64,000 nt of DNA from Eledone cirrhosa (GCA_964016885.1 OZ024742.1:75454001-75518000), one strand, 5' to 3'; counted from the stretch's first letter, positions 26,319-40,391 are shown. The notes: generated by a model from the sequence alone, not told the origin. Program-made: numbers and translations.

Positions 26319-29300
26319 ATGACCTCACTCAGAATAGGCAGCATAAATGCGCGTGGCTTGGGGTCGTTATGGAAGCAGGGTCACCTGCTCAACGACTTCA
26401 GGTCACTAAACAATGATGTAGTGGCCATCAGCGAGACCGGTATCTCCGAAACACGGGCCTTCGCACCGATCATCGGCGGCTACGATGTGTACGCATCTCC
26501 CAGCCGTCCGGGATCGGGGGGGGGGGGATTGCTGTGTTTTTTCGGAGATGTTTGGATCTTGCCATACGGGCCATCTTCATGGACCCAGAAGGTAAGTTGG
26601 TGGTGCTGGACGTGACCAGCGGGGACGGGCAAGCTTTCAGGTTAGTGGCCGTCTAACCCGCGTGAGGAGCAGGGCGGCTTTATTTCCTCCGGCGTCTGGA
26701 GAACTTTCTTGGAACGTCCCGCTCTTTAGTGTTAGTGGGCGACTGGAACGGGATCTTAGATGCACGCTGGGACTGTGTGGGATTAGTAGATAGAGGAGGA
26801 GGGTGCAATAGTCTCACCACCCTGCTCAGGCATTTTGAACTGTCTCACAGGTACCGATTGGATTTCCCGAATGTGCCAATGTGGACTTGGACAAATCGCA
26901 TAGGGTCATCCAGGTCATATCTAGATATATTATTTTGTAGGGAAATAGAGAGGTCTAGCATAGGCTGTCCACAATTCAAGATAGTCAGCTACACGGACCA
27001 CAAAATCGTGATGTGTGCTTGACTTAGGTAGGCTTAATAGACGAGGACCCGGCTACTGGAAGCTAAACGCGTCCTTACCAGCGCGTAAGGCCTACAGAGA
27101 CCGGATTAGCGAACTAGTTAAGCGGGCGTTGACGGGGGCCATCGTCAACAAGTGGTGGTTTGCTCTGAAAAGAGCAATTGGAATACAGTCCATTAGGTTT
27201 AGTAAGGCTTTAGCAATAGAGAAAATAGAGCATAGGGAGAATTAGTTAGAAAATTAGACGAGGCCCTTAGCAAAGGCATCGCGACCGACGTACTTGCGAC
27301 GAAATTGGCACTTGACCAATTCTTCAATGCAAAGCACGAAGGCTGCGTTATCAGAGCTAGCGTGCGTGCTCTGAGACACGAGGGGGCGAAAGCCGTTCAA
27401 TGGGCCCGAGTGGCGGAGGCGCGTCGTGGCAACAAAGCCACGATCCGGTCTCTGGTGGACCACGACGGGCGCATGCTACTCGATCCCGGGTAAATGTGTG
27501 AAGCTTTTCAGCGACACTTCGCACAGCTGTTCGGGGGCAGCGGCGGCACGGATCGAGGGATGGACTTTAGTGTCTGCCTCGACGGACTTCCGCGGCTCTC
27601 GGCCACTGAGGCGGATTGTTGCGAAAAGCCGATAACAGCCGTTGAAGTACGGGAGGCAATGACTGGCTGCACAAGGCGTAAATCGCCTGGTTTGGATGGT
27701 CTGCCCTATGAACTTTACGGACAGATGCCAGACTTGCTCGGAGGCCTCTTGGCGGACGTCTACTGCAACTGGCAACAGAACGGGAGAATTTCCAGCTCTG
27801 TGAGCCGAGGAGCTGTGACGCTGCTGATAAAGGATCCGAACAAGGGGAATAACATAAATGATGTCAGGCCCAAAACTCTGCTAAACACAGAGTTCAAGAT
27901 GTTGGCCAAGGTGGAGCAAAGAGGTTGGCGCTTGTCGTTGGTGGTCTGGTGGGAGAGGCGCAGACGTGCAGCATTCCCGACACATCCATCCACGACAACC
28001 TCCACCTCATGCGATACATTGTAGAGAGGGTAGCTAGGGAACCTGTCACGGGTGGGTCCTTGATCAATTTAGATCAGTCGAAAGCTTTCGATAGGTTCGA
28101 CCATCGTTATCTAGCGGCATTCCTGAGGGCGGCAGTCCTGAGGGCGGCTGGCTTTGGGCCCGTCTTAAGAGCTTGGATCGCTGCCATGCACGGCGACATC
28201 TGCTCTGTGGTGAGAGTGAACGGTCACCTTTCGGAACCGTTCAACATCATACGCTCGGTCCGCCAAGTATGTTCCCTCTCGTCCCTCTTGTACGTATTGA
28301 ATCTCGAGCCATTACTGCACAAACTGGAGACGTTGAGGGGGGTCCCGCGCGAACTAGGATGCAGAAGATCCGTGTCAGCATATGCGGACGATGTCACCGT
28401 AGTGGTGTCGAACGCCAAACACATCGAGGCGACAGGCACTACACTGAGAGAATACGAAGCGGTGACAGGAGCAATGATCAACCAGGAAAAGTCAGTGGGC
28501 CTGAAGCTCGGCACCTGGAGAGGCAGGCCATGCCGTCCAACAGCGTCGTCGGACGCTGGACGGACGGACCGGTTAAATTGCTAGGGGTCTGGTTCGGTCC
28601 GGACCTCCAGGCGGACAAAAACTGGGACGAGGTGACGAGCAGGGTGGCTTCTCTCACCCAGAAATGTGGCGAGAGGAAGCTATCCCTGAAAGGTCGAGCG
28701 GAGGTGGCTAACACGTACATCGCGTCCGTCATCTGCTACCGCCTGACCGTCGTACCTTGTCCTAAGCCCCGCCTGACTGCGCTGGAGCGTTTGCTCTTTC
28801 GCTTTTTGTGGAAGGGACGCGCTCCGATGGTCAGGCGGTCCATCTGCTGTCAACACCCGCTACGTGGAGGGCTGGGCATGCCGTGGCTGATGATGCGCAG
28901 ACACGCGCTCAGGCTACGACATCTCCACCTCTTCCTCGACGGTGATCATGTGTGGTCGCCGTTTGTTAGACACGTATTTCCCCAGCTCGTCTCCTTGACG
29001 GAGCTGCAGTCCTGGGTCAAGCGAAGACCGAGGGGGAGCGCTTGGAGACTGGAATGTCTGCAGGCGCTCACAGCCCTCGACCAATCGGGCAATGTGATCG
29101 GTGGAAACTCCACCTTGGCGTTCTATAGAGGATTAGTGGAGGGGAAGAGCGACGACGTACTTGGAGAAACTCTAGGCATCGACGAAAATCAACTAGCCAA
29201 TCTCTTCGGAAGGACTTTCGGGCCGGGGCCTATGGACAACTTCTAGAAATCCCTGGCCTCGCAGTGCTACCGAGGAGTTTGCCAGTTCGGGATAAACTCT

Positions 29301-29745
29301 ACAGGCATGGAGGTGGCGTCAGCCGGGCATGTCCGAGATGCGCACAGGGCGACGAAACCGTCCTGCACGCACTCGTCCAGTGTCAGGCATTGCTGACTTG
29401 TGGATTTATGTCGAACACCTGCTGTCACGTGTAGGACGGATTCAGCTATCAGCTGAGTCCATCGTGAAGATTGCCCCGCCCTCTTCCTTTAGCCGGGAAG
29501 GGCAGGCAGTTTTTATCTGTCTGGTGGCCATGGCGAAAGAGATAGTATGGTGGACACGTTTGAAAGGGCTGAAGACGAGCACTTACCTCTTCGGTGATGC
29601 CCTGATTAACTTTTTCAAATTTCATTTGAAAAGGAAAATCAAGTTAGAGAGGGAAGCGCTCTCTTCCCAGCATTTTGTTGAAAGATGGGTGAGAGAAGCA
29701 AGTATGGCCCGAGTGAATGGGCCTAATCTGAGTATGTGTCTGTAA
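26319..29745 (+). pseudogene. Tx1-A ORF2 APE-RT-CCHC, multiple stops and frameshifts
   Basis: SINARGL, GDWN, TDH, PGYWKLN, KSPGLDG, LDQSKAFD, YADD, LGVWFG, GGLG. Confidence 0.9.
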
Positions 29746-29989
29746 ATTAAAGGTGGAAAACTGGGAGAGGGCACTTGCCCTGGTGGTCAGGGTCACTGTG
29801 GCCTTTTAATGGGCTTTCTCCACAAATGTCCCTCGGAAGTCTCCCCCCTATTGGGGAATTTTTCATTGTTATTTTTTATTACATCCTCTGTTTTTTTACA
29901 CGCAGAAATGCCCATTTGTACCGTCCTGTATTGTCCTGTACTGTCCTTAATGTCTACTTTATGTAAACCCTTGTGGTTAATAAAGAAAG

Positions 29990-30035
<46 letters not shown>

Positions 30036-30238
30036 GGTCTAAGCGGACGTATTTTGCTCGCTCACAGTAAGTCGCTTTATTTGCCTGTTTAAATTAGTTG
30101 TTAAATACTTCTTGTTGTCTAAGGGATATAAGCCCTTAGAATTTGCCCCGTGAAATGGAAAGTATAATATTTGGCCCTTTTGGCCCAAATATTTGAACTT
30201 TTCTTTACATGTTAAAAAATTTACGAAGAAAAACAAAC

Positions 30239-32199
30239 ATGGCTGAGCCACGCTCCCCAGCGGTATGTCGGCTGTCGTGCGACAACGACGAAGAAGTTGA
30301 GAGGAGCGCTACAGCGAAATTAACACACATTAATAACACAAACACCACCACAAACAAGGTAAACAAAGACACCAATGATACCAATAAGAACTCTAATTTT
30401 GAAAAAAATGACAGTAACAGCGACAACGAATATACAGATAACATAAAAAAAAAATAACAAATACAACAACAATATCAACACCACTAACATGAAAACACAT
30501 AGCGACAACACCAACAGCAACAATACCAACTGCACCGAGAACAACGGTGGCAACAAAGACAACAATGATAACAGCGACAGTGCTAACAACAACACCAACA
30601 AGAACAACGTCAACAACACCCCCAACGAAAACAAGACCACTTTCACTGCGGCAGCAGCAAAAAAGAGGCCATGCTTCAACATGGACCTCTCAAACAAAGA
30701 TGAAAAGTTGGCCCAGGCATGGAAGCTCATCAAGCAAGAGCAAACTTGGGCCAACTTAACTGTCCCGGTAGAAGCTATTGAGACAGAGGAGCGCAAAACG
30801 GTGCATTATAGATGCATCTCAGCACAAACCAAAAGGGCAGCGTTAATCCCACAAGAAGATATCGAAGTCGCGCTGAGGTGCATCAGAGAAGACACCCATT
30901 ACATAGAGAGGGTCAGACAGAAACGGCACCATTTCGGTGTTGTTCAAGTCAGAAACCCTCGCTATGAAACACGCTATGACTCCTTGCAAAACTAGCAAGG
31001 TCATAATGTACCCCTCCCACATGGGAAAAAGAACGGCCCGTCTCCGCATTCCCAGAATCCCACCAGGACTTGACATGTGGTGGCTTCTGGGATGTGTGAT
31101 TGTGGAGGGGACGGATTCAGTCCCTATAGAAGTGACCAGAACGGCCAGAGAGGACTGGTCCGGGGTTGACATGGAGATCCTTCTCCAGATCAGGCCCGAG
31201 AATGTGAAGACAATCCCAGACCACATCCGCCTTCAGAATGGGACTGTCATTCACATTATGACCGAAGGCAAAAGGCCGCAGTGTTTTTCTTGTGGGGAAA
31301 AAACCCATTTGCGAGCCTTCTGCCCTCAACTGCTGAAAGAGGCAAGGGGTCTAAAGGCTCCACTGCTGCCGACGCCGGGGCGAGGACCACAACCAACACC
31401 TGCACCGGCAAAACCACCAACAACAACACCAATAGAAAGACCACCACCAACATTGACCACCCAGGGGTGAAACGGGGAAAGCTGTCAAATTCCCCCTCCC
31501 CCCAAAATACACACACCAATAAAACCTCAAACATACATACAGACACACTTACAGACACAGACACCTCATCTACTATTAGTGAAAATGAGGGAAATCCCAA
31601 ATCCCCCAAAATACAAAAAGGAAACACAAAAAGAAAAAAAAAATCAACAAAGCACAAAAGCACCCACAATAAAACACGCAGACACAATCCACGCAAAGAT
31701 CTCTCCAATAACACCAACAACAACACCACCATCACCATCACCAGAATCCCCCAAACGCAAACAACCGAAACAGACGCAAGAACAAATATACACACAAACA
31801 TCTGAAACCAGAGACACCGCACTCACAACAAACACAGATACAACCGAAACAACACCACCAAAACCATCACCACCACAGCCACGCAAACAAATAAAATCAC
31901 ACCAACAAAACATACAAAACCTCGTGCTCGTCAGGAGGGCCAACAAGGAACTGATGGCCCTCGTAGCACGAAGTGAAAATATACAAAAAGAGGGGGAAAT
32001 TTTTAAATCGAGCACATTTCACGTGCCGGAAGATTTGGTTCTGGTGCGAATGTCGCTCGACATATTCAAAGAAATACGAGACAGCTTTCCTCGGGACGTG
32101 GGAACCCCGAACGTAAAACCCACTTCAAGACTTTCCAAAAGAAACCCCACTAACTATGGAGGTCGAACAACCCGACCTTCACAAGAGCCCGGAAGGTAA
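30239..32199 (+). pseudogene. Tx1-B ORF1 with CCHC knuckle, frameshifted
   Basis: Asn-rich N-terminus, YPSHMGKRT, CFSCGEKTHLRAFC; stop TAA at 32197-32199. Confidence 0.78.
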
Positions 32200-32234
32200 G
32201 TAAACCTTCCTCTCTCTCTGTTAAACCTACCAAC

Positions 32235-35200
32235 ATGGCCGTATTAAGAGTAAGATGTTTAAATGTTCGAGGCCTGGGAACGTCCTGGAAGCAGGGTCAC
32301 CTGCTCAACGACCTCAGGTCTATAGAAATGGATGTAATTGCAGTCAGCGAGACCAGGATTTCCGATACGCGTGCACTAGCCCCCATTTTCGACGACTATC
32401 AGATCTTTGTATCTGTTAGCCGGCCGGGAATGGGAGGCGGGGTGGCAGTGCTGTTTAGGAAAGGCCTGGATCTCGAGATAAGGTCGATCTTTCGGGACCC
32501 GGACGGGAAGTTGGTGGTCCTGGACGTGAACAATAATGAAGGTGGTGCCTTTAGACTGGTGGCCGTCTATGCTCCTACTGGGGCAGGACGGCTGGACTTC
32601 TTTACACGCCTGGAAGCCTTTCTGGGTACGTCTCGCCCTTTATTGTTAGCGGGGGACTGGAACGGCATCTTAGACGCACGCTGGGAGTGTGTGGGAGTAT
32701 CCGATAGGAGCAGGGGGTGCACAAGCCTCAAGAACCTGATCAGCCAGCTCCAACTGTCTGACAGGTACCGACTAGATTTCCCTAATGCGCCAGTGTGGAC
32801 CTGGGCTAACCGCATAGGGTCGTGTACATCGTATATAGACAGGATATTCATTAGGAAAATAGACAGAAATAGTGTAAGCTGTCCACGTTTTGAAACGGTC
32901 GCCTATTCAGATCACAAGCTTGTGATGTGTATGGTCGACCTAGATAAGAGGCATAGAGTAGGACCTCGTTACTGGAAGCTAAACATGTCATGTCCAGGTC
33001 AACAATTTAGTTAAGAAAAAGTTGACTGGGGGAGTTGTCAACAATAGATGGTGGGGGGCTCTCAAGAGAGAGATTAGAGTAATGTCGATAGAGTTTAGCA
33101 AAGAAGTAGCATAGATAATTTAGACGAGGCTATTGGTAGTGGCATTGCAACTGATGTGCTAGCGGCGAGAATGGCATTAGACAATTTCTTCAATGCAAAA
33201 CACGAACGTTGCATTGTCAGAGCTAAGGCGCGTGCTCTGAGAAACGAGGGAACCAAAGCTGTTCGATGGGCCCGCGTGGCAGAGGCGCAGTGTGGTAATA
33301 AAACCACGATTCGGTCTTTGATGGACCGAGACGGGAACGAGCTGAGCGATTCCAAGAGGGTGTGTGAGGCCTTTCGCCAACATTTTGCTCGGTTGTTCGG
33401 GGGAAGTGGCAGGTCAGTGATGGTGGCGGACTTCAGTTCCTACCTCGATGGCTTGCCGCAACTCTCGACGGCTGACGCTGGGCGCTGAGAAAGGCCAATT
33501 ACTTCAGCCGAGATTCAGGATGCCCTTGTAGGCTGCATGAGGTGCAAGGCACCCGGTTTGGATGGTCTGCCCTACGACCTTTACGTAAATATGCCAGACT
33601 TGTTCTCCAATCTCCTCGAAGCCCTCTACTGCAACTGGCAGCAAAACGGGAGTATTCCCAGTTCTGTGAGCCGGGGCGTAGTGACGCTGATAAGGAAAGA
33701 CGAGAACAAGAGGGACACATTAGACAATTTCAGGCCCATAACTCTGCTCAACACAGAGTTTAAGATTTTGGCCAGGGTGTTAGCGAAGAGGTTGGCGCTT
33801 GTCGTCGGGGATTCGGTTGGAGAGGCGCAAACTTGCGCAATCCCAACCAGGTCCATACACGAAAACCTCCACCTAATGCGATAGTTCATAGAGAGGGTAG
33901 GGTGTAAACCTGGCTTCGGTGGGGCTCTGATCAATTTAGATCAATCGAAAGCATTCGATAGGGTCGACCATCGGTACCTGGAGGCTGTCCTCAAGGCGAA
34001 GGGTTCGACCACCATCTTCAGAAGTTGGATCGCTGCAATGCACAGCGGCACCTGCTCGATGGTCAAAATTAATGGCCACCTCTCGGAACCGTTTCAGGTC
34101 TCCCGATCGGTCCGTCAAGGGTGCCCTCTCTCCTCCTTTCTGTACGTATTGACTCTCGAGCCTTTACTGCGGAAGCTGGAGCTGTTGCAGGTCATCCCGC
34201 TGGAACCGGGACGCGGAAAGTCTGTGTCGGCTTATGCGGACGACATCACCGTGATGGTGTCAGACACCTCAGAAATCGAGGTGGTCGGCAACTTATTGGA
34301 GGAATATGAAAGGTTGACGGGAGCAAAACGTAACCCGGAAAAGTCAGTGGGCTTGCAACTCGGCACCTGGAGAGGAAAGTCCATGCCGTCCAACAGCGTC
34401 CTTAGGCGCTGGACGGACGGACCGGTAAAGTTGCTAGGGGTTTGGTTCGGGCCAGACCTCCAGGTGGATAAGAATTGGGACGAGGTGACGGGCAGGTTAG
34501 TCAGTCTCACCCAGAAATGGGCTGGGATGAAGCTATCACTGAAAGGTCGGGCGGAGGTGCCAACGCGTACATCGCGTCCGTCATCTACTACCGTCTGACT
34601 GTCGTCCCTTGCCCCCGTTCGCGCCTCGCCTTCTTGGAGCGGCTCCTCTTCTAATTCTTGTGGAGGGGTCAGGTCCGCTGGTGAGGCGGTCTATCTGCTG
34701 CCAGCACCCTCTACGTGGAGGGCTGGGCATGCCGAGGCTAATGATGCGCAGGCACGCGCTGAGGCTGCGGCATCTCCAGATATTCTGCCTAAACGGTGAA
34801 CAGGTGTGGTCGCCGTTTGTCAGACGGGCCTTTCCGTATTTCGTTTCTTTGACTGATTAGCAGTCCTGGGTCAAGAGTGACCGAGACTGGGTGACTGGCA
34901 TCTGGAATGTTGCCAGGCACTCACTGCCCTCTACCAGGCGGGCAATGCGGTCAGTGGAACTTCCACTCTCGAGTTCTATAGAGGATTAGTGCTGGGCAAG
35001 TGCGACGACGCCCTCGGAGAGGCTCTGGGAGTCAACGAAGTCGAACTAACCAGTCTGTACCGGAGGACTTTCGAGCCGGGGACGATGGATAATTTCCAAA
35101 AATCCCTCGCTTGGCAGTGCTACCGGGAGGCACTACCGGTTCGAGATAAACTCTACAGGCACGGAACTGCTGTCAGACGGACCTGCCCGAGATGCGCGCA

Positions 35201-35600
35201 GAGCGACGAAGCCGTTTTGCACGCACTCGTCCAGTGTCCGTGCATTACTGACTTGTGGAGTTATGTTGAACAGCTGTTGTCGCGTGTAGAATGGATCCGG
35301 CTATCGGCCGAGTCCATAGTGAAGATCGACCCGCCGCCTTCTTTTGGCCAGGAAGGGCAGGCAATTTTCCTCGGTCTGGTGGCAGTAGCGAAAGAGGTTG
35401 TATGGTGGACGTGGTTGAAAGGACTGAAGACAGACACTTTTCTCTTCGGCCAATCCCTCATCAACTTTTTCAAGTTTTACTTGGAAAGGAAGGTGAGGGT
35501 GGAGAAAGAAGTGCTGCCCCCCAGTACATTTGCTGAAATGTGGGTGAATGTGGCGAGAATGGCCCGTGTGAGTGGGCCTACTCTGGTCATGCGGCTGTAG
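32235..35600 (+). pseudogene. Tx1-B ORF2 APE-RT-CCHC, disrupted
   Basis: LNVRGL, GDWN, YIDRIF, SDH, FRPITLLN, VRQGCPLS, YADD, CPRC..H...C. Confidence 0.92.
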
Positions 35601-35875
35601 GTAGGTAAATTTGAAGAGGAGAGAGGTGCCCTTCCAGGGTTCTCTCGAAGCGTCGGGTCGTTCAGGACTGGTGGGGTACCTGAGCGAACCCTAGGTGGTC
35701 ATCTCCCCTATTGGGGAATGTTTTCTTGTTGTAATTTTCTTGTTACTTTATTGTTACTTTGTTATTGTTACTTTGTTTATTCATATTGTTTACTCGATTT
35801 TTCTGTAAAACCCCACTGTCCCAGTCTTTTGTATTGTCCCCTATATGTCGGCCCTTGTGGCCAATAAATGAAATC

Positions 35876-36035
35876 ATTATTTTTTTTTTTTTCTTCTTCC
35901 CCCTGCTCCTCCTGCAACCCCCTCCTCCTCATTCTTCTTCTTCTTCTTCTTCTTCTTCTTCTTCTTCTTCTTCTTCTTCTTCTTCTTCTTCTTCTTCTTC
36001 TTCTTCTTCTTCTTCGTTATCGTCGTTATCGTCAC
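35876..36035. repeat. T-run and (TTC)n microsatellite
   Basis: Direct reading. Confidence 0.95.
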
Positions 36036-37837
36036 CGGCGCCATTCTCATTGCTGCTATTGATTAGCGGTACTAGTGCTGATGTAGGGTCTACTGACTAG
36101 TGAAGATCTCATAATCATAAAATGTCCATTACTTCTTTGTTCCATAACGTTACATTAAAGCATTCATAGATGTCATCGAGTGGTTTTTAAAATCAGTTTA
36201 CAACGTAAATGAATATGATCATTCTTATCCCACTAATTGAATTCTTAGCGAACAACCATTTTGTAGTTAACAATACAAAGATCAATCGGACTGAAGTGAT
36301 TTACGCTTTTATAAAGCATTTGTATATGATAAATGGTAATACTGCTAAAATAAAGGAAATGAAATGGCTACTATCTTAGAACCATCTGATTTAACAGAAG
36401 TTTATTAAACGACATTCTACTTCAATTTCAGCACAGCAACATCACACGTTAAAAAATGTCACAATCTAAAATGAAATCAAAGATAAAGAAGATGGGTTAA
36501 TCATGGAACAGTTATAACTATAGTTCTACAAAACTAGAGCTGAATTAGTGGCTGAAGAACAGCAAAAATAATTAAAGCAACGTAAGCAACAGCTATGCTT
36601 GGTGGAAGTATAATCACGAGCAGTATAGTCACATGTATGTGTCATATTTTATTGAGTAGTCAAGGAAATAATTTCCTGTAATAGACAGCGTTGTAAATAT
36701 AGTCTTGGCTTACTTTGGCAATTTGTATTAATTATTCTTTTATATTGGATTATATTCATAGGGATGGATTAAACAAGCAATAATGATCTTCAGGTTGTTT
36801 TCCTAAGTAACACCTATATTATTTTAAGACAGCATTGAGAAATTTGGTTGCTAGAACTTCGATGTAGATTGTTCAGATCAAGGTTACCAAATTAAACAAG
36901 AATTTGTTTATAATAAAAGCCATGTTAATATTAGGCATTTTGTTTATCGTTCTTATATCCATGGTAACGTTTGATACCTTACCATCTATGGCAGCGAATA
37001 TACATAATTGTTAGGGCATCGAAGAAAATGTCTTACGTTATTTGTCCTGACATTTTAGGTTCTGTGTGAAATATGATTTTCATCCTCATGAGATCAGTAA
37101 CTGAAGTAATAATTTCCACAGAGCTTTAAAGAATGTAGCTTGCCGTACTTGTGTTGGTTCGTAACATTCTGAGTACAGGTACATGTGTGCTAAACACCTC
37201 TGTATCTATCCAAGAAAATAGTACCATGTAAAATGTACCCGAATATCGGACGAGAAACCACCTTTGTATTTATCAACATAAATACATTAACGATGTTGGT
37301 GCCTAGCATGGCCTCATCCAGTCGGCTGGAACACGTACAAGAGTAAACCCACATCATGTGTCAACAAAATGATGCAAGAGAGAATAGAATCTCCTTTGAA
37401 ATACTCCAATGATTAACGTCTATTCCTGGATGTGTGAATAGTTAAATAAGCTTGCCATTAGATACGTTATTATGAAATCCACGTGTTTCTATAACCAAGT
37501 CGGTTAAATCACTACAGTTGATAATTATGAATTTGAATAATTTTGCCGATATTGGATTTCAGGTATATTATGATATGTACAATTTACTCAATATACAAAC
37601 ATTCACAATGTCATGAAAAGCCATTGACATTATATAAAAAAAATTGAACAGTATCTAATAAAAACAAAACACACTACAAAAGGGAACAGAAAAAGAAGAA
37701 AAAGGGAAATGAAAAGAAGAAAAAGGAAAATGAAAAGGATCACGCAGTGAAAGATAGGGAATGGGGAAGGCACAGTCACTACGCCCTAGTCTCAGCGGCG
37801 TCTCAACCGCGCCCCGCGAACAAGACGCCAAAATAAG

Positions 37838-38026
37838 GCAGTGAATTGGTAGTATCGGTAGAGGGTCGGACGCCATGCTTTCCAGCATAGTTACGTCCCT
37901 TTACGGTCTGAGTTCAAATCCCGTCGAGGTTAACTTTGCCTTTCATCCATACGGGGTCGATAAAATAAAGTACCAGTAATGCACTGGGTATTTGCCGGCC
38001 CTGCGCCAAAAGTAGAAACAAATATT
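37838..38026 (+). mobile_element. Octopod-type SINE
   Basis: Full head and core, B-box-like GAGTTCAAATCCC. Confidence 0.88.
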
Positions 38027-38027
38027 A

Positions 38028-38212
38028 TTTGGCAGTATCGGTAGAGTGTCGGATGCTATGCTTTGTAGCATAGAGTTACGACCCTTTACAGTCTGAGTTC
38101 AAATCCCACCGAGGTTAACTTTGTCTTTCATATTTACAGGGTCGATAAAATAAAGCATCAGTAATGCACTGGGGTAATTGCTGGCCTTGTGCCAAAAGTA
38201 GAAACGATTATT
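38028..38212 (+). mobile_element. Octopod-type SINE (tandem second copy)
   Basis: Same core sequence. Confidence 0.87.
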
Positions 38213-38629
38213 ATCTATATCATAATTTCGTAGTATATAACATATTTTTCTTATATAGAGTTAATCTCCATGTTAGCAAAATCAAAACGACATTTATTGG
38301 TGTTCTGCGTTTTTACCAATAGCTTTCCTATACTGTTTTTAATCCATGCAGTTTTCGTAGTAATATATTTGTTACACAGATTTCTGTCAAACAAAACATC
38401 ACGAGAGAGAAAAGAAGATAAAAAATGTATTCGTGAATGGAAGATTTAGTTTTCCCTCTAAATACATCATTGCGCCTTAAAGTAAATTTTTATGTTATCG
38501 TTTGGAGTTTTGATTTTTCTTTGGTTTCTTGATTAATGAGAGTCTCATAACAAAGACTTGCCTACAGAAATAACTATATATATATGTGTGTTTATATGCG
38601 TCTGTGTTAGTATATATATCTTTACAATA

Positions 38630-40238
38630 AAATACTACTCTGACTACATTGTATGGCAACAGGCCACTTTACCTGTCAGGTATGGCGGCCTTGGCCTCCG
38701 GTCTCCAATCTTACTGGCTTTGCCGGCGTATCTTTCGTCGATAACCTCATGCCGCATCCACGTCAGCAGCCTTCTTCACAACACAATAGAACCCTCTGTG
38801 TTCTGAGAACGTGAGGCCGCCTGTGAGACGTGGGTCCGGCTGGGACTTAGCCCAGTAGACGTCCCTCCCCTTCTCCCCCTGCTGACATCAAGTCCCCCCA
38901 AAGCACTTGGGATGCCATCCAGTGCGGCCTGGCTTCAGACAGGCTCACGCGGCAGCTCGACGAGCAGCGCCTTGCCTGTTTTCGTGCGACCTCCAAACCC
39001 CACAGTGCTGCCTGGCTCCGTGCCCTATCCTCCTTCTCCACTGGCACGAAGCTAGACAACAATAGCCTGCGCATCGGGGTTTCGTTGAGGCTCGGCCTCC
39101 GGATCTGCGAGCCACACCAATGTCGCTGCGGACCCACCGTGGATTCTTTAGGTCTCCACCCGCTTTCCTGGCGCCACAGAGCCGGCCGTCTTCCACGCCA
39201 TGCTGCCCTAAACAAGGTCATAAAGCATGGCTTGGATGCTGCAGGCTTCCCTTCCCAGCTCGAGCCGGTGCGGCTGGACCGAGTGGATTGCAAAAGGCCA
39301 GATGGCACGACCATCTTCCCGTTCCGCGGTGGCAAACCCCTCGTCTGGGATGCCACTAGCACCGACACTTTCTGCAGCCGCAACCTGATGCAGTATGCGA
39401 CTAACCCAGGTTCTGCCGCACGTCGGACTGAGGAGGACAAACTCCTCAAATACCGGTCACTCTCTGACAGGTTTGTAGTTGTATAACGAAGATTACGTGT
39501 CGCTGGAGATATTATTAAATTTATCGATTCAGAAGGCAATGACAAAAATGACATAATCCGTTATAACAAAAATTCCCTTTTATTTGTTGTACAAATATGG
39601 AATCGAAAATAACAAGAGAAGGTTGAGCAAGTCTTCACATCGTGTTAGCTGCATGGAAGTCTTGATGCTGCTCGTTCAGTGAACTCTCTGTGTCTCTCTG
39701 CCTCTCAGCCAACTGTGTTTCTGGTCCAAGTAGTCCCGCAACTTGTCTCAATCCGTTGAGGGCCCTGATTGACTACTTCAACCAATTCACCTCTGTGACA
39801 CCATTCTTCCGCCAAAGGAAAATACATTTAATCACAAAGGAAAATATATAATAATTCTCTTCACTACAGTTGTACCCTTGGCAGTGGGGACTTCTGGTGT
39901 CTTCGGCCCTAGGGCTACCTCCCTACTCACCACCATAGGCGCTGAGCTGGCCAGCCGCAGGTGTGAGCCCCGCGAGGTATAGTGGCTTTTCCAGCGCGTC
40001 TCCCTTGCCGTCCTCCGTGGAAACACCTCCTCCATTCTGAAAGATTATATCCTTGTCGAATTTATGCTTTACTTGTGTCATTAGTTTGAAACGTAACAAC
40101 CACTATATTTGTTTGGGAAATGGTTATCAAATCTCACTCCTCCGTCTTACAGTGTTGGTAAGATTGTCAGTGGTCACGAGCAGTAGCTAGAGTAGCTATC
40201 TACCTATGCATGAATTTGTCTTCGGTTAATAAAAACAT
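38630..40238 (+). mobile_element. 5'-truncated CRE-clade RLE retrotransposon, interrupted by a solo LTR
   Basis: WQQATLP..GGLG, LRLG...C.CG..D..G.H, RH, KRPDG, WDAT, and after the insertion PLAV.TSG.FG...QRVSLAVLRGN. Ends AATAAAA followed by (ATCT)n. Confidence 0.85.
39480..39868 (-). mobile_element. Solo LTR (389 bp)
   Basis: TGTA...TACA termini and a 5-bp TSD GTAGT/GTTGT (one mismatch). Removing it restores the CRE frame (RFVVPLAV). A minus-strand AATAAA near 39580 suggests the orientation. Confidence 0.75.
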
Positions 40239-40249
40239 CTATCTATCTA

Positions 40250-40299
40250 TGTCCTTGTATTGTCCCCTTTTATTGTGCGCCCTTGTGGCAAATAAAGAA

Positions 40300-40300
<1 letters not shown>
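40250..40300 (+). mobile_element. ~50-bp 3'-terminal stub of a Tx1 element
   Basis: TTGTATTGTCCCC...GCCCTTGTGGCAAATAAAGAAA matches the 3' ends of A, B and C; lies in (ATCT)n. Confidence 0.75.
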
Positions 40301-40390
<90 letters not shown>

Positions 40391-40391
40391 A
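40300..40391. repeat. (ATCT)n microsatellite
   Basis: Direct reading. Confidence 0.97.

Larger units (their letters stand above)
24002..29990 (+). mobile_element. Tx1/L1-clade non-LTR retrotransposon A, near full length, decayed
   Basis: Two-ORF layout, 3' UTR ending CCCTTGTGGTTAATAAAGAA, flanked by (TTA)n on both sides. Confidence 0.9.
30036..35875 (+). mobile_element. Tx1/L1-clade element B, head-to-tail behind A
   Basis: Separated from A only by (TTA)n at ~29991-30035; 3' end CCCTTGTGGCCAATAAATGAAATC. Confidence 0.9.

Noticed and set aside
37838-37925. tRNA gene call from A/B-box-like motifs
   Set aside because: It is part of a multi-copy SINE head and has no cloverleaf.
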